From assembly GCA_049317385.1 (NCBI GenBank), contig JBMOIJ010000004.1:45591-109590 (forward strand): a DNA stretch of 64,000 bases, written 5' to 3'. Both the position numbers and the translations under genes were made by a program. The stretch is from Acidimicrobiia bacterium. GTDB taxonomy: Bacteria > Actinomycetota > Acidimicrobiia > IMCC26256 > JBMOIJ01. Shown one piece after another: positions 1 to 8,685 of the stretch. How positions within the stretch are numbered: position 1 is the stretch's first letter; each line of letters begins with the position of its first letter. The notes beneath the pieces were generated by a model. The model did no database searches. It saw only the letters and a program-made list of their open reading frames with translations, and was not told the origin of the DNA.

Positions 1-70
1 GCGGCCCGAGAAGCCCGACCTCGAATCGATGATCGCCGATGCGTGGAAGTTCATGGAGTCGGTGCAGTGA
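1..70 (+). CDS. 3' end of an upstream gene (partial, product unknown)
   Basis: Frame 2 reads ...RPEKPDLESMIADAWKFMESVQ* with TGA at 68-70. This stop overlaps the GTG at 67 of the next gene (GTGA coupling). The tail loosely resembles NAD-epimerase/dehydratase C-termini, but that is weak. Confidence 0.4.
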   Translation, partial: RPEKPDLESMIADAWKFMESVQ

Positions 71-1722
71 ATGGTGACGTGGGCGACTGGCAGTTGCGCC
101 GCGTCGACCCCGCGCTCACCGCGCGCTACGTCGCGGACGGGTACTGGACCAACGAGAGTCTGGGGCAGTTCCTCAGCCGCAACCTGGCCGGGCGGACCGA
201 CTTGGTGTTCAGCGCGCGCTCGGCGGTGCGGCCGTGGCGCGGTTCGTTTGCCGATGTCGACGAACTTGCGCGCCGAATCGCAGCCGCGCTGCGGGCGCGG
301 GGTGTCGGGCCCGGCGATCGGGTTGCGTTCCAGACTCCGAACTGGGCGGAAGGTGCGGCCACGTTTTATGCGGCCTGTTACCTCGGCGCCGTGGTGGTGC
401 CCATCGTGCACTTCTACGGCCCGAAGGAGGTGGAGTACATCCTGGCCCGATCGGGAGTGAAGGTGTTCGTCACCGCGGACCGGTTCGGATCGCAGGACTT
501 CATCGCCAATCGTGAACAGTGGCGTGATGCGGCGCACACCGTGGAGTGCACGGTGGTGATCGGCGAGCGCGCCAACGTGCCCGACGACTGCATCTGCTTC
601 GACGATTTCGTTGATGTGGAGCCCATTGCCGGCCCCGAGCCGGTCGACCCGGATACGCCTGCGCTCATTGCGTACACGTCGGGCACCACGTCGAACCCGA
701 AGGGTGTGGTGCATTCGCATCGCACCATCACCGCCGAGATCCGCCAACTCGCGCCGTTGCAGCTTCCCAAGGACCTGGGCGGCCTGCCGGCGCTGACCGG
801 CGCGCCGATCGGCCACGCCATCGGCATGCTCGCGGCGTTGTTGGTGCCGGTGCAGCGCGAGGAGCACATCTTCCTCATCGACGTATGGGACCCGGCGCAG
901 GTGCTCGCCGCCATGCTCGAAGACAACGTGTATGCCGGATCGGGTTCCACGTACTTCGTGCTGTCGCTCATCGATCACCCTGACTTCGGGCCGGAGCATC
1001 TGGCCAAGATGAAGGTGATCGGACTGGGTGGTGCCGCAGTACCGGCCGCGGTCGCTGAGCGACTCGACGCGATGGGGATCGGTGTGTTCCGGTCGTTCGG
1101 CGCAACTGAACAGCCGTCGATTACCGGTTGCAGCCATGCCGACGCGCGCGACAAACGGTTGTACACCGACGGCGCGCCGATGGCGGGCGTCGAAGTGCGG
1201 CTGGTCGACGACGACGGGCGCGACGTTGCGCTGGGTGAGCCCGGTGAGATCTGGAGCCGTGGACCCGAGTTGTTCCTCGGCTACACCGATCCGTCACTCA
1301 ATGCTGATGCGTTCTGCGACGGTTGGTACAAGACCGGCGACGTCGGTGTGCTCGACGGCGACGGGTTCCTTACCATCACCGACCGCAAGAAGGACGTGAT
1401 CATTCGCGGCGGCGAGAACGTGAGCCCCCAGGAGGTCGAAGAGCTCATCGTGCGCATGCCGGGAGCGGCCGAAGTGGCGGTGGTGGCCAAACCCCATCCC
1501 ACCCTCGGTGAGGTTGGCTGCGCGTTCGTGCGCGCGCTTCCCGGGGCTGACGAGTTCACCATCGCCGACATGCAGCAGCAGCTCGTCGCGGCGGGGATCG
1601 CAAAGCAGAAGTGGCCCGAAGACTTGCGATTCGTGGCCGACTTCCCGCGCACGCCGAGCGGCAAGGTGCAGAAGTTCAAGCTGCGCGAACAGTTGCGCGC
1701 CGAAGCACGCACCACCGACTGA
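67..1722 (+). CDS. AMP-dependent synthetase/ligase (acyl-CoA synthetase family)
   Basis: ORF 43-1722. It has the AMP-binding motif YTSGTTSNPKGV, the GYWKTGD-like motif WYKTGD, and a C-terminal PRTPSGKVQKFKLR. The start is probably GTG 67 (overlapping the upstream stop) or GTG 79. Confidence 0.9.
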   Translation: MNGDVGDWQLRRVDPALTARYVADGYWTNESLGQFLSRNLAGRTDLVFSARSAVRPWRGSFADVDELARRIAAALRARGVGPGDRVAFQTPNWAEGAATFYAACYLGAVVVPIVHFYGPKEVEYILARSGVKVFVTADRFGSQDFIANREQWRDAAHTVECTVVIGERANVPDDCICFDDFVDVEPIAGPEPVDPDTPALIAYTSGTTSNPKGVVHSHRTITAEIRQLAPLQLPKDLGGLPALTGAPIGHAIGMLAALLVPVQREEHIFLIDVWDPAQVLAAMLEDNVYAGSGSTYFVLSLIDHPDFGPEHLAKMKVIGLGGAAVPAAVAERLDAMGIGVFRSFGATEQPSITGCSHADARDKRLYTDGAPMAGVEVRLVDDDGRDVALGEPGEIWSRGPELFLGYTDPSLNADAFCDGWYKTGDVGVLDGDGFLTITDRKKDVIIRGGENVSPQEVEELIVRMPGAAEVAVVAKPHPTLGEVGCAFVRALPGADEFTIADMQQQLVAAGIAKQKWPEDLRFVADFPRTPSGKVQKFKLREQLRAEARTTD

Positions 1723-2622
1723 TCAGCCGTCGTGGGCCGGCGCGTCGGTGAGCGCGCGCAGGATTTCGGTGGCATGTGTAGCCACGAACAGGTGGCCGGC
1801 CCCTTCGCATTCGATGATGGTGGCGTCGTCGAGTTGGTCAGCGATTGCGGTGGCCATCCACGGTGCAACCAGCGGGTCATCGGTCCCCTGCCAGAGCGTG
1901 ATGGGCATCGTGATGTCGGCGAGTTCGAAACCCCATGGACGTTCGAGCGCGAGGTAGTCGTCGTACACACCTGCGCTGGTGGGTTCGAACGCCGCGCGCA
2001 GGTAGTTCGGCGCGCCAAGGCGGGGAATCTGTTCCACCACTTCGCGGTCGGATCGCATCAGCGAGCGCAGGAAGGTCTTGGTGGCAAAGCGCGGGGCGGA
2101 GTGGAGCCACCAGCGCGCGTTGGCGAACGCGAGGCGCAGGATGGGGCGGGCGCGCCGACCGAGTCGGAACAGCTGGCGGTCGGTGCGGGCGAAACCGGTC
2201 AGCCAGTTGGAACTGTCGGGGGGAGCAACGCAGCCCGCAACTGCAACGCGGCCGAGCCGCTCGGGCGCGCGTGCGGCAAGACCGAGCGCGTGTGGCCCGC
2301 CCCCGGACCAGCCGAAGACTGCCGGTCGCTCGAGCGCGAGCGCGTCGATGAGCCCGATGATGTCCGCAGCACCGTCGACCACCCGGTGGCCCTTGTGGCG
2401 TGTGGACGCGCCGTACCCCGGGCGGTCAGGCGCAATGACACGAAGGCCGAGGCGCTCGGCCGGCCCGTGCAGGAATTGCATCGCAACGCTGCAGCCGGGG
2501 GTGCCGTGGAGTGCAAGGAGCGGCGCGCCATCGGGGGCGCCGTACGTGGCGTAGCCGAGCGCGCGCCCGTCGGGCAGCTGAATGGTCGTCCCGGCGGTCG
2601 TCACTGGGTCATTGTGCCGCAC
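1723..2622 (-). CDS. alpha/beta-fold hydrolase
   Basis: 299-aa ORF with an HGTPGCS oxyanion region, the nucleophile elbow GWSGGG, and a C-terminal GAGH catalytic-His region. Confidence 0.85.
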   Translation of the reverse strand: MRHNDPVTTAGTTIQLPDGRALGYATYGAPDGAPLLALHGTPGCSVAMQFLHGPAERLGLRVIAPDRPGYGASTRHKGHRVVDGAADIIGLIDALALERPAVFGWSGGGPHALGLAARAPERLGRVAVAGCVAPPDSSNWLTGFARTDRQLFRLGRRARPILRLAFANARWWLHSAPRFATKTFLRSLMRSDREVVEQIPRLGAPNYLRAAFEPTSAGVYDDYLALERPWGFELADITMPITLWQGTDDPLVAPWMATAIADQLDDATIIECEGAGHLFVATHATEILRALTDAPAHDG

Positions 2623-2675
2623 CGGTATTGCAGTGGTGCTGCCTCATGGATTCGTGCGGGACGGGTCGACGCCCG

Positions 2676-2706
2676 CTGACCAAGGGGTTTTCCGAGCCGC
2701 TATAGT
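2676..2706 (+). promoter_or_regulatory. candidate promoter of the tRNA gene (-35 CTGACC, -10 TATAGT)
   Basis: TATAGT lies at 2701-2706, 15 nt upstream of the mature tRNA 5' end. A CTGACC element at 2676-2681 gives a 19-nt spacer. This is pattern matching only. Confidence 0.4.
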
Positions 2707-2721
2707 GTTGTCTCCACTCGC

Positions 2722-2798
<77 letters not shown>

Positions 2799-2804
2799 AC
2801 GAAC

Positions 2805-2826
2805 AGGCCGCCCTTCGGGGCGGCCT
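2805..2826. terminator. GC-rich hairpin downstream of the tRNA
   Basis: aggccgccc-ttcg-gggcggcct forms a perfect 9-bp stem with a tetraloop. It sits between the tRNA (+) and the converging Cys-rich gene (-). Confidence 0.6.
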
Positions 2827-2891
2827 TCGTGCATTCCGGGCTCGGGGTGAGTGGTCGTCGCGGCGGCCCCGCCGGAAGGGCGCCCGTTGCG

Positions 2892-3140
2892 CTACGTAGC
2901 GAGGACGCTCGCCCGGTCACGCACGTTGGCGCCGGTTTCGGATCGCGCACAGTGCGCGCCGCAGAACAGCCGTTCGTCCACTTCCACGCCGTGGCCCACG
3001 ATCCGGCAGCCGCAGTTCGTGCATGCGGGGGCCATGCGGTGAATCGCGCATTCGAAGCAGTCGAATGTGTGTCGTTCGCCGTTCATGACTACGTCGAACG
3101 TCTTGTCGTAGTGGTTGCCGCACATCTCGCAGGTGGCCAT
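2892..3140 (-). CDS. small cysteine-rich, probably metal-binding protein (82 aa)
   Basis: 9 Cys arranged CxxC...CxxC...CxxCxC...CxxxC, plus His residues. There is a strong RBS (GGGAGGA) upstream of ATG 3140. I recognise it as a conserved actinobacterial small-protein type. Confidence 0.8.
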   Translation of the reverse strand: MATCEMCGNHYDKTFDVVMNGERHTFDCFECAIHRMAPACTNCGCRIVGHGVEVDERLFCGAHCARSETGANVRDRASVLAT

Positions 3141-3253
3141 GACGGTTCCTCCCTCTCGTTCGTTAATGCGTGAGGGAGTGGTACCCGAACGGCCCGGGCA
3201 CTACACGTTCGTAGTTGGTTGCGCGCGCTGCGTGTGGAGCGGGAGCGAGTGGC

Positions 3254-3553
3254 TCAGGTGGTGGTGGAGTCGTCCGAAGAGAGGCGCAGACGTTCGGCAC
3301 TCAAGCCGATGTTCACTCCTGAGCCGTAGGCGCTCACACCGGAGAGCACGCTGGCGAGCAGCGTGCCGAGGACGAGGCTGAGGCCTTGCTCGGTATCGAT
3401 GTCGCCGGTGATCCACAGGCTGGTGAAGATGACCATGCCGACCACCCCCACCGCGGCCACGAACCATCCCAGTCCGCGCAGGACGCGCGCAACGCGGTGT
3501 GCGTACTGCACGCGTTCGGTGATCGGGAGCGCAGAGTCGTTCAGCCGTGCCAT
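3254..3553 (-). CDS. small membrane protein (hypothetical, 99 aa)
   Basis: Two hydrophobic helices and a GGAGG RBS. It starts 16 nt downstream of the ABC-2 permease stop, so it is probably in the same operon. Confidence 0.65.
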   Translation of the reverse strand: MARLNDSALPITERVQYAHRVARVLRGLGWFVAAVGVVGMVIFTSLWITGDIDTEQGLSLVLGTLLASVLSGVSAYGSGVNIGLSAERLRLSSDDSTTT

Positions 3554-3568
3554 CGGATGCCTCCGGAC

Positions 3569-4387
3569 TTATGCGTCGCGGCGAACCAGAATCACTGCGC
3601 CGATGGCGAGCACCCCCACTGCGTAGAGCGTGAAGATCAAGAACCCCATGCCCGGCGACAACGTGTTGGTGTTCACGCGTTCATTCAGGGTGAACATGGC
3701 GCCGCCGACCGCGCTGGGCAAGTACTTGTTGATCGTTGCTCCGGCCGTGCCGGGAATGAACGCTGCGAGCACGGGAAGTACCAGCAGGATCCCCACCACG
3801 ATGGTGATGGCGGCAGCGGTTCGGCGCACGATGAATCCGACGCCCAACGCGACGGCGCCGATTCCAGCGAGGTAGGCCCCGGCGCCGAATATGGCCCGCA
3901 GCACGTTGGGTTCGCCGAGCCCGACTGCGAGGTCCTTGCTGGCCGCGATCGGCTGTGACACTGCATAGGCCAAGAAACACGCCGCGGTGCCCACGACGAA
4001 CGCCACCGCAATGAACGTCAGCGCCTTGGCGACCAACATGGTGACGCGTTGCGGGGTGGCGCTGAGGGTTGCGCGGATCTGGCCGGTGCCGTACTCCGAA
4101 GTGACCACGAGCGCACCGAGCACGCCAATTGCGAGCTGCGCCAGGATCAATCCGCCAAGTGCCGTTTGCACGGGGGAGAAGTCGGCCTTGGCCCGAGGTG
4201 ACAGGTTGTCGAACTGCGAAACGCCGGCCAGGGTGATCAGCGCGCCGAGCCCCACGACCAACACCACCATGACGCCCAGTGTCCACATGGTGGATCGCAC
4301 GGTGCGCATCTTGGTGAACTCGGCGCGCACATTGCGGGCCACCACGGCGACAAACGAAGGTCGGGGTTGAGTGGACGTCGGAGTCAT
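3569..4387 (-). CDS. ABC-2 type transporter permease
   Basis: Six predicted TM segments. Start ATG 4387 overlaps the ATPase stop (ATGA). The 37-codon N-terminal extension in the ORF track is R/P-rich and I rejected it. Confidence 0.85.
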   Translation of the reverse strand: MTPTSTQPRPSFVAVVARNVRAEFTKMRTVRSTMWTLGVMVVLVVGLGALITLAGVSQFDNLSPRAKADFSPVQTALGGLILAQLAIGVLGALVVTSEYGTGQIRATLSATPQRVTMLVAKALTFIAVAFVVGTAACFLAYAVSQPIAASKDLAVGLGEPNVLRAIFGAGAYLAGIGAVALGVGFIVRRTAAAITIVVGILLVLPVLAAFIPGTAGATINKYLPSAVGGAMFTLNERVNTNTLSPGMGFLIFTLYAVGVLAIGAVILVRRDA

Positions 4388-5319
4388 TGCGCCCCGCCTT
4401 GCGCGTCGTTGAGGAACTGGGTGGAGTACTCGGCGCTCTCGTGGGTGAGCTCCATGAACGCTTCTTCGAGCGATGCGTTCTGGTCGGCGAGTTCCCACAG
4501 CGTGATGCCGTTGTCGCCAGCGAGTTGCCCGACGCCCTTGCGGTCGATGCCTTGCACGAGCACCGTGTCGCGGTCGTCGCCGTCGCTCACGGTGGCTCCC
4601 TTGGCTTCCAGCTCACTCCGGAGATTGGCGACGTTCGGCGAGCTCACTCGGACTGCGTTGCGCGAGCTCTCCGAGATGACCGTCGCGGTTGGTGCGTCAG
4701 CAATGAGCTTGCCGCGCCCGATCACCACCAGGTGGTCGGCGGTGAGTGCCATCTCGCTCATCAGGTGACTCGACACGAACACCGCGCGTCCCTCTGACGC
4801 GAGGTACTTCAAGAATTGCCGAACCCAGAGGATGCCTTCGGGGTCGAGGCCGTTGACCGGTTCGTCGAGCATGAGCGTGGCCGGATCGCCCAACATGGCG
4901 GCGGCGATACCGAGGCGTTGGCCCATACCGAGCGAGAACTTGCCGACCCGCTTCTTGGCCACGCTTTCGAGGCCCACCATGGCGACCACTTCGTCGACGC
5001 GGCTGCGGGGGATGCCGTTGGAGTCGGCGAGCCAGCGCAAATGGTTGCGAGCGCTGCGCCCGGGGTGGATGGCACGGGCTTCGAGCAGCGCGCCCACTTC
5101 GTGTAGTGGGAAGCGGTGGCGGTCGAAGGCTGTGCCATCGACTTTCACCGATCCACCCGACGGGCGATCGAGCCCGAGGATCATGCGCATCGTGGTGGAC
5201 TTACCCGAACCGTTCGGTCCGAGGAAGCCCGTGACGCGTCCGGGTTGGATGCTGAACGACAACTGGTCGACGGCCAGGGTGGAGCCGTAGCGCTTCGAGA
5301 GGTTCTCGATCTCGATCAT
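4384..5319 (-). CDS. ABC transporter ATP-binding protein
   Basis: Walker A GPNGSGKST, a signature-like FSLGMGQRL, Walker B LMLDEP, and an extra C-terminal domain typical of ABC-2 exporters. Confidence 0.92.
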   Translation of the reverse strand: MIEIENLSKRYGSTLAVDQLSFSIQPGRVTGFLGPNGSGKSTTMRMILGLDRPSGGSVKVDGTAFDRHRFPLHEVGALLEARAIHPGRSARNHLRWLADSNGIPRSRVDEVVAMVGLESVAKKRVGKFSLGMGQRLGIAAAMLGDPATLMLDEPVNGLDPEGILWVRQFLKYLASEGRAVFVSSHLMSEMALTADHLVVIGRGKLIADAPTATVISESSRNAVRVSSPNVANLRSELEAKGATVSDGDDRDTVLVQGIDRKGVGQLAGDNGITLWELADQNASLEEAFMELTHESAEYSTQFLNDAQGGAQ

Positions 5320-5434
5320 GCGGTCCTTGGAGTCCAGGGGGGAATCAGCGGTCGCTGGGGCTGGTCGGTGCGTGATCGTAGGGCGTGCGAGCAGCGCGGA
5401 AATCCAAAAACGGGGCCGCCGCTAGGGTCGGGGC

Positions 5435-6520
5435 GTGGCACTCAGTATTGGAATTGTCGGTCTTCCCAACGTCGGGAAATCAACCCTGTTCAACGCGTTG
5501 ACGCGAGCCGAGGTGCTCGCCGCGAACTATCCGTTCGCCACCATCGAACCGAACGTGGGGGTGGTGCCGCTGCCCGACCCGCGCTTGGCGACACTCGCCG
5601 AGATCTTCACGAGCGAGCGCATCGTGCCGGCCACGGTGTCGTTCGTCGACATTGCCGGCATCGTGAAGGGCGCAAGCGAGGGTGAAGGGCTGGGGAACAA
5701 GTTCCTTGCCAACATTCGTGACGCCGACGCCATCTGTCAGGTGGTGCGCGCCTTTGCTGACGACGACGTGGTGCACGTAGCCGGTCAAGTCGATCCGGCC
5801 GACGACATCGAGACCATCCACACCGAACTTGCGCTCGCCGATTTGCAAACGCTCGAGAAGGCAATTCCGCGGCTCGAGAAAGAGGTGAAGCGCAAAGAGG
5901 TCGACAAGGCGGTTCTCGACGCAGCGTTGGCCGCGCAGAAGTTGTTGGAAGACGGCACGATGCTCACCGCGGGCGCAGCCGAGGCCGGGCTCGATCTCGC
6001 ATTGGTCCGCGAACTGCACCTCATGACGGCCAAGCCGTTCATCTACGTGTTCAATGTCGACGAGGCCGGCCTCACCGACGATTCGTTGCACACGAAGATG
6101 CGCGAGTTGGTGGCGCCGTCGGAAGCGATCTTCTTGAACGCGAAGCTCGAAGCCGAGTTGTTGGACTTGAGCGACGAAGACGCAGCTGAGTTGTTGGAGA
6201 GTGTGGGCCAAACTGAACCAGGGCTCGACCAGTTGGCCCGCGTGGGGTTCTGCACCTTGGGGCTGCAGACCTATCTGACGGCGGGGCCGAAAGAAGCGCG
6301 CGCGTGGACCATCCGCCAGGGTTGGACGGCACCACAAGCGGCGGGGGTCATCCACACCGACTTCGAACGTGGGTTCATCAAGGCCGAGATCGTTAGCTTC
6401 GATGACTTGGTTGACGCCGGTTCGATCGCAGAAGCCAAAGCGCGCGGTCGTTTGCGGCTCGAAGGCAAGGACTACGTGATGGCCGATGGAGATGTAGTGG
6501 AGTTCCGCTTCAACGTGTGA
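5435..6520 (+). CDS. ychF: redox-regulated ribosome-binding ATPase YchF
   Basis: N-terminus MALSIGIVGLPNVGKSTLFNALT, a TGS-like C-terminus, and the typical length of 361 aa. Confidence 0.95.
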   Translation: MALSIGIVGLPNVGKSTLFNALTRAEVLAANYPFATIEPNVGVVPLPDPRLATLAEIFTSERIVPATVSFVDIAGIVKGASEGEGLGNKFLANIRDADAICQVVRAFADDDVVHVAGQVDPADDIETIHTELALADLQTLEKAIPRLEKEVKRKEVDKAVLDAALAAQKLLEDGTMLTAGAAEAGLDLALVRELHLMTAKPFIYVFNVDEAGLTDDSLHTKMRELVAPSEAIFLNAKLEAELLDLSDEDAAELLESVGQTEPGLDQLARVGFCTLGLQTYLTAGPKEARAWTIRQGWTAPQAAGVIHTDFERGFIKAEIVSFDDLVDAGSIAEAKARGRLRLEGKDYVMADGDVVEFRFNV

Positions 6521-6662
6521 CGCGCTCGGGGGCCCTCGGGCGCGTCGCCCCGCCGCTTTCGGTCCACGCAAGCCGCGCTGAGCGCCGCATTGGTGGACCG
6601 AAACGGGCAATGACTCAGTGATGGCCGATGGAGACGTAGTGGAGTTCCGCTTCATCGGGTGA
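6476..6662. repeat. direct repeat: last 45 nt of ychF (6476-6520) duplicated at 6618-6662
   Basis: 42/45 identical, including the stop codon, with 142-bp spacing. The 97-bp spacer carries hairpins at 6521-6544 and 6557-6603 (11-bp perfect arms tttcggtccac/gtggaccgaaa). Confidence 0.85.
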
Positions 6663-6672
6663 AGCGCTTCCG

Positions 6673-8685
6673 TCAGCGGTTCTGGGCGGCCCGGTTGTCG
6701 CGGGCTGCGGAGACCAACAACGGCAACGTCTGGCGGGCCAACCATTGACCGCCGTCGCGCGAGAAATGAAAACCGTCGGGCCGAACGATCACATCGCCGA
6801 CGATCCGGGTGCAGTTGGCATCGGGGCACAGGAATCCATCGAGGTCCATGAGGCCGACCTTGGGCTGTTCGGACTGCACCGCAACGTGGACCTGATTCAC
6901 ACACTCCACGCGCCGGTTCGCCGTCGTTGCGTTGCGTGCGGGCGTCACGTGCGGGAACGTGCCGAGGAGCACTTTGGCGCCCCCACGACCCAATTGGTCG
7001 AACGCCGGTGGGAGCACGGAGCGATACCAGTCCGCCCACGTGGGGCTGCACGAGTCCACCCAATCACCGCCGATCTGCCATTCCGAGAGCGGTGCCCGTC
7101 CGCCTAACAACAGGACGACGAGGTCGGGATCGAATTTGGTGAGGATGGTCGCCCAGTCCGTGTCGCACGCGTCGGGTGCGAACACCGACCGCGATCCGTC
7201 GAAGTTGGGTGAGCGCAAGCTGTCGAGGCCGGTGGTGAGCACGCATCCCACGCGTGAGGCGTTGAGTACTTCGGCGCCGAACTCGCCGGCCACGTCTTCC
7301 ATGCCGACGCCGAGCGACCAGGCAACCGAATCTCCGACCAACAAGATGCGTGGGGGCCGAGCAGCGGCCGCGATGCGCGCGTCTTCGAGGACCTTCAGTC
7401 GCTGCTGGGTCTCGGCCGCCGAAGTTGCGCCGTCTTTGGGCAATGAAACGCTTTCGGCGTTGGCCCGGGCAGGGGAGCCGGCCGTGGTGGTGACCAACAC
7501 CATCACCGCCACCACCACGAACGCCACGCCAGGAGTTGCGACGCGCGCTACCCAACCGTGCAACGCGCCGTGGCGAATGGGGCTCTCGATCAAGAAATAG
7601 CTCGCCAACGCCAAGATGAGGCTCGCGCCGATGCGCACTGCAGTGAGGCCCCACCCGTCGAAGCCCATGCGGCTTTCGGTGAGTACTGCGTACACGGGCC
7701 AGTGCCACAGGTAGAGGCCGTACGAGATCAGGCCGAGACCCACCAACGGCGGAATGGCTAGGGCGCGAGCCAGGGGACCGCGCTCGGGGTGAGCGATTGC
7801 CAGGATGACGAGGCCGACCAACAGTCCCAGGCCTGCGAGCGCAGCATCGGAGTAGAGGGCGCGCGTCGAGAATTCCACCACGGACCACGAGGCGGCGAGT
7901 GTGACGATGGCGATGATTGCTAGCACTTCGATCGTGATACGTGCCTTTTGCGATGGCACATGGCCCCGCCATGCCACCCAGGCCGCCAACGCAGCACCCA
8001 TCAACAACGCGGGGGCGCGCGTGTCGGTCCCGTAGTAGAGGCGGTCGGTCGTTGCGCCGCTCCGGGCCAGGAACACTGTCCATGCGATTGCGACCAACGC
8101 GGCGCCGGCACAGGACCAGAAAACCGTCCGAGCGGCATGCAGTTTCCGGCGCAGCGCAACGGCCGCAATTCCGAACACCATGAGCGGCCAGAGCATGTAG
8201 AACTGTTCTTCGATCGCCAACGACCATGTGTGTTGCAACGGCGACGGTGCGCTGAACAGATCGCTATAGGAACTCGAAGTGAAGATCGAGTGCCAGTTCG
8301 CAACGTAGGCGACTGTGGCGAAGGCGTCGCCACGGATGCGTGTCATCTCGCTGCGCTCGGCGAAGATGTAGGCGTACGCCGCCGCGCCGAGGATCACCAA
8401 GAAGAGTGCCGGTAACAGTCGACGCGCCCGGCGCGCCCAGAACGCACCCAACGCCACGCCACCGGTTCGGCTGACTTCAGCGAGCAAGAGCCCCGTGATG
8501 AGGAAGCCCGAGAGCACGAAGAACGCGTCGACGCCCAGGTACCCACCGGCGAGATTGCCGGAGTGGAACAGCAAGACGCCCAGAACGGCCAGCCCCCGCA
8601 GCCCATCGAGGGCCGTGATCCGTCTGGTGGTGTCGTGTTGCAATGCCGGCTCCTGAACTGGGCCGCAGTATTCGGTGCCGATCAT
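6673..8685 (-). CDS. acyltransferase family 3 (OafA-like) with C-terminal SGNH/GDSL domain
   Basis: ALDGLRGLAVLGVLLFH acyltransferase_3 N-terminus, about 10 TM segments, and C-terminal LLVGDSVAWSLG (GDS motif). ATG 8685 overlaps the upstream stop (ATGA). The 164-codon extension in the track was rejected. Confidence 0.88.
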   Translation of the reverse strand: MIGTEYCGPVQEPALQHDTTRRITALDGLRGLAVLGVLLFHSGNLAGGYLGVDAFFVLSGFLITGLLLAEVSRTGGVALGAFWARRARRLLPALFLVILGAAAYAYIFAERSEMTRIRGDAFATVAYVANWHSIFTSSSYSDLFSAPSPLQHTWSLAIEEQFYMLWPLMVFGIAAVALRRKLHAARTVFWSCAGAALVAIAWTVFLARSGATTDRLYYGTDTRAPALLMGAALAAWVAWRGHVPSQKARITIEVLAIIAIVTLAASWSVVEFSTRALYSDAALAGLGLLVGLVILAIAHPERGPLARALAIPPLVGLGLISYGLYLWHWPVYAVLTESRMGFDGWGLTAVRIGASLILALASYFLIESPIRHGALHGWVARVATPGVAFVVVAVMVLVTTTAGSPARANAESVSLPKDGATSAAETQQRLKVLEDARIAAAARPPRILLVGDSVAWSLGVGMEDVAGEFGAEVLNASRVGCVLTTGLDSLRSPNFDGSRSVFAPDACDTDWATILTKFDPDLVVLLLGGRAPLSEWQIGGDWVDSCSPTWADWYRSVLPPAFDQLGRGGAKVLLGTFPHVTPARNATTANRRVECVNQVHVAVQSEQPKVGLMDLDGFLCPDANCTRIVGDVIVRPDGFHFSRDGGQWLARQTLPLLVSAARDNRAAQNR

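Noticed and set aside
6521-6617. The ychF 3'-end duplication as the boundaries of a currently integrated element
   Set aside because: Only 97 bp lie between the copies and they contain no ORF. At most this is a scar, and it is reported as a finding with modest interest.
5480-7063. 527-aa minus-strand ORF covering ychF and the downstream intergenic region
   Set aside because: It is antisense to a clearly conserved ychF reading frame. The translation is Arg/Pro/Gly/His-rich with no motifs, which is typical of a shadow ORF in high-GC DNA.
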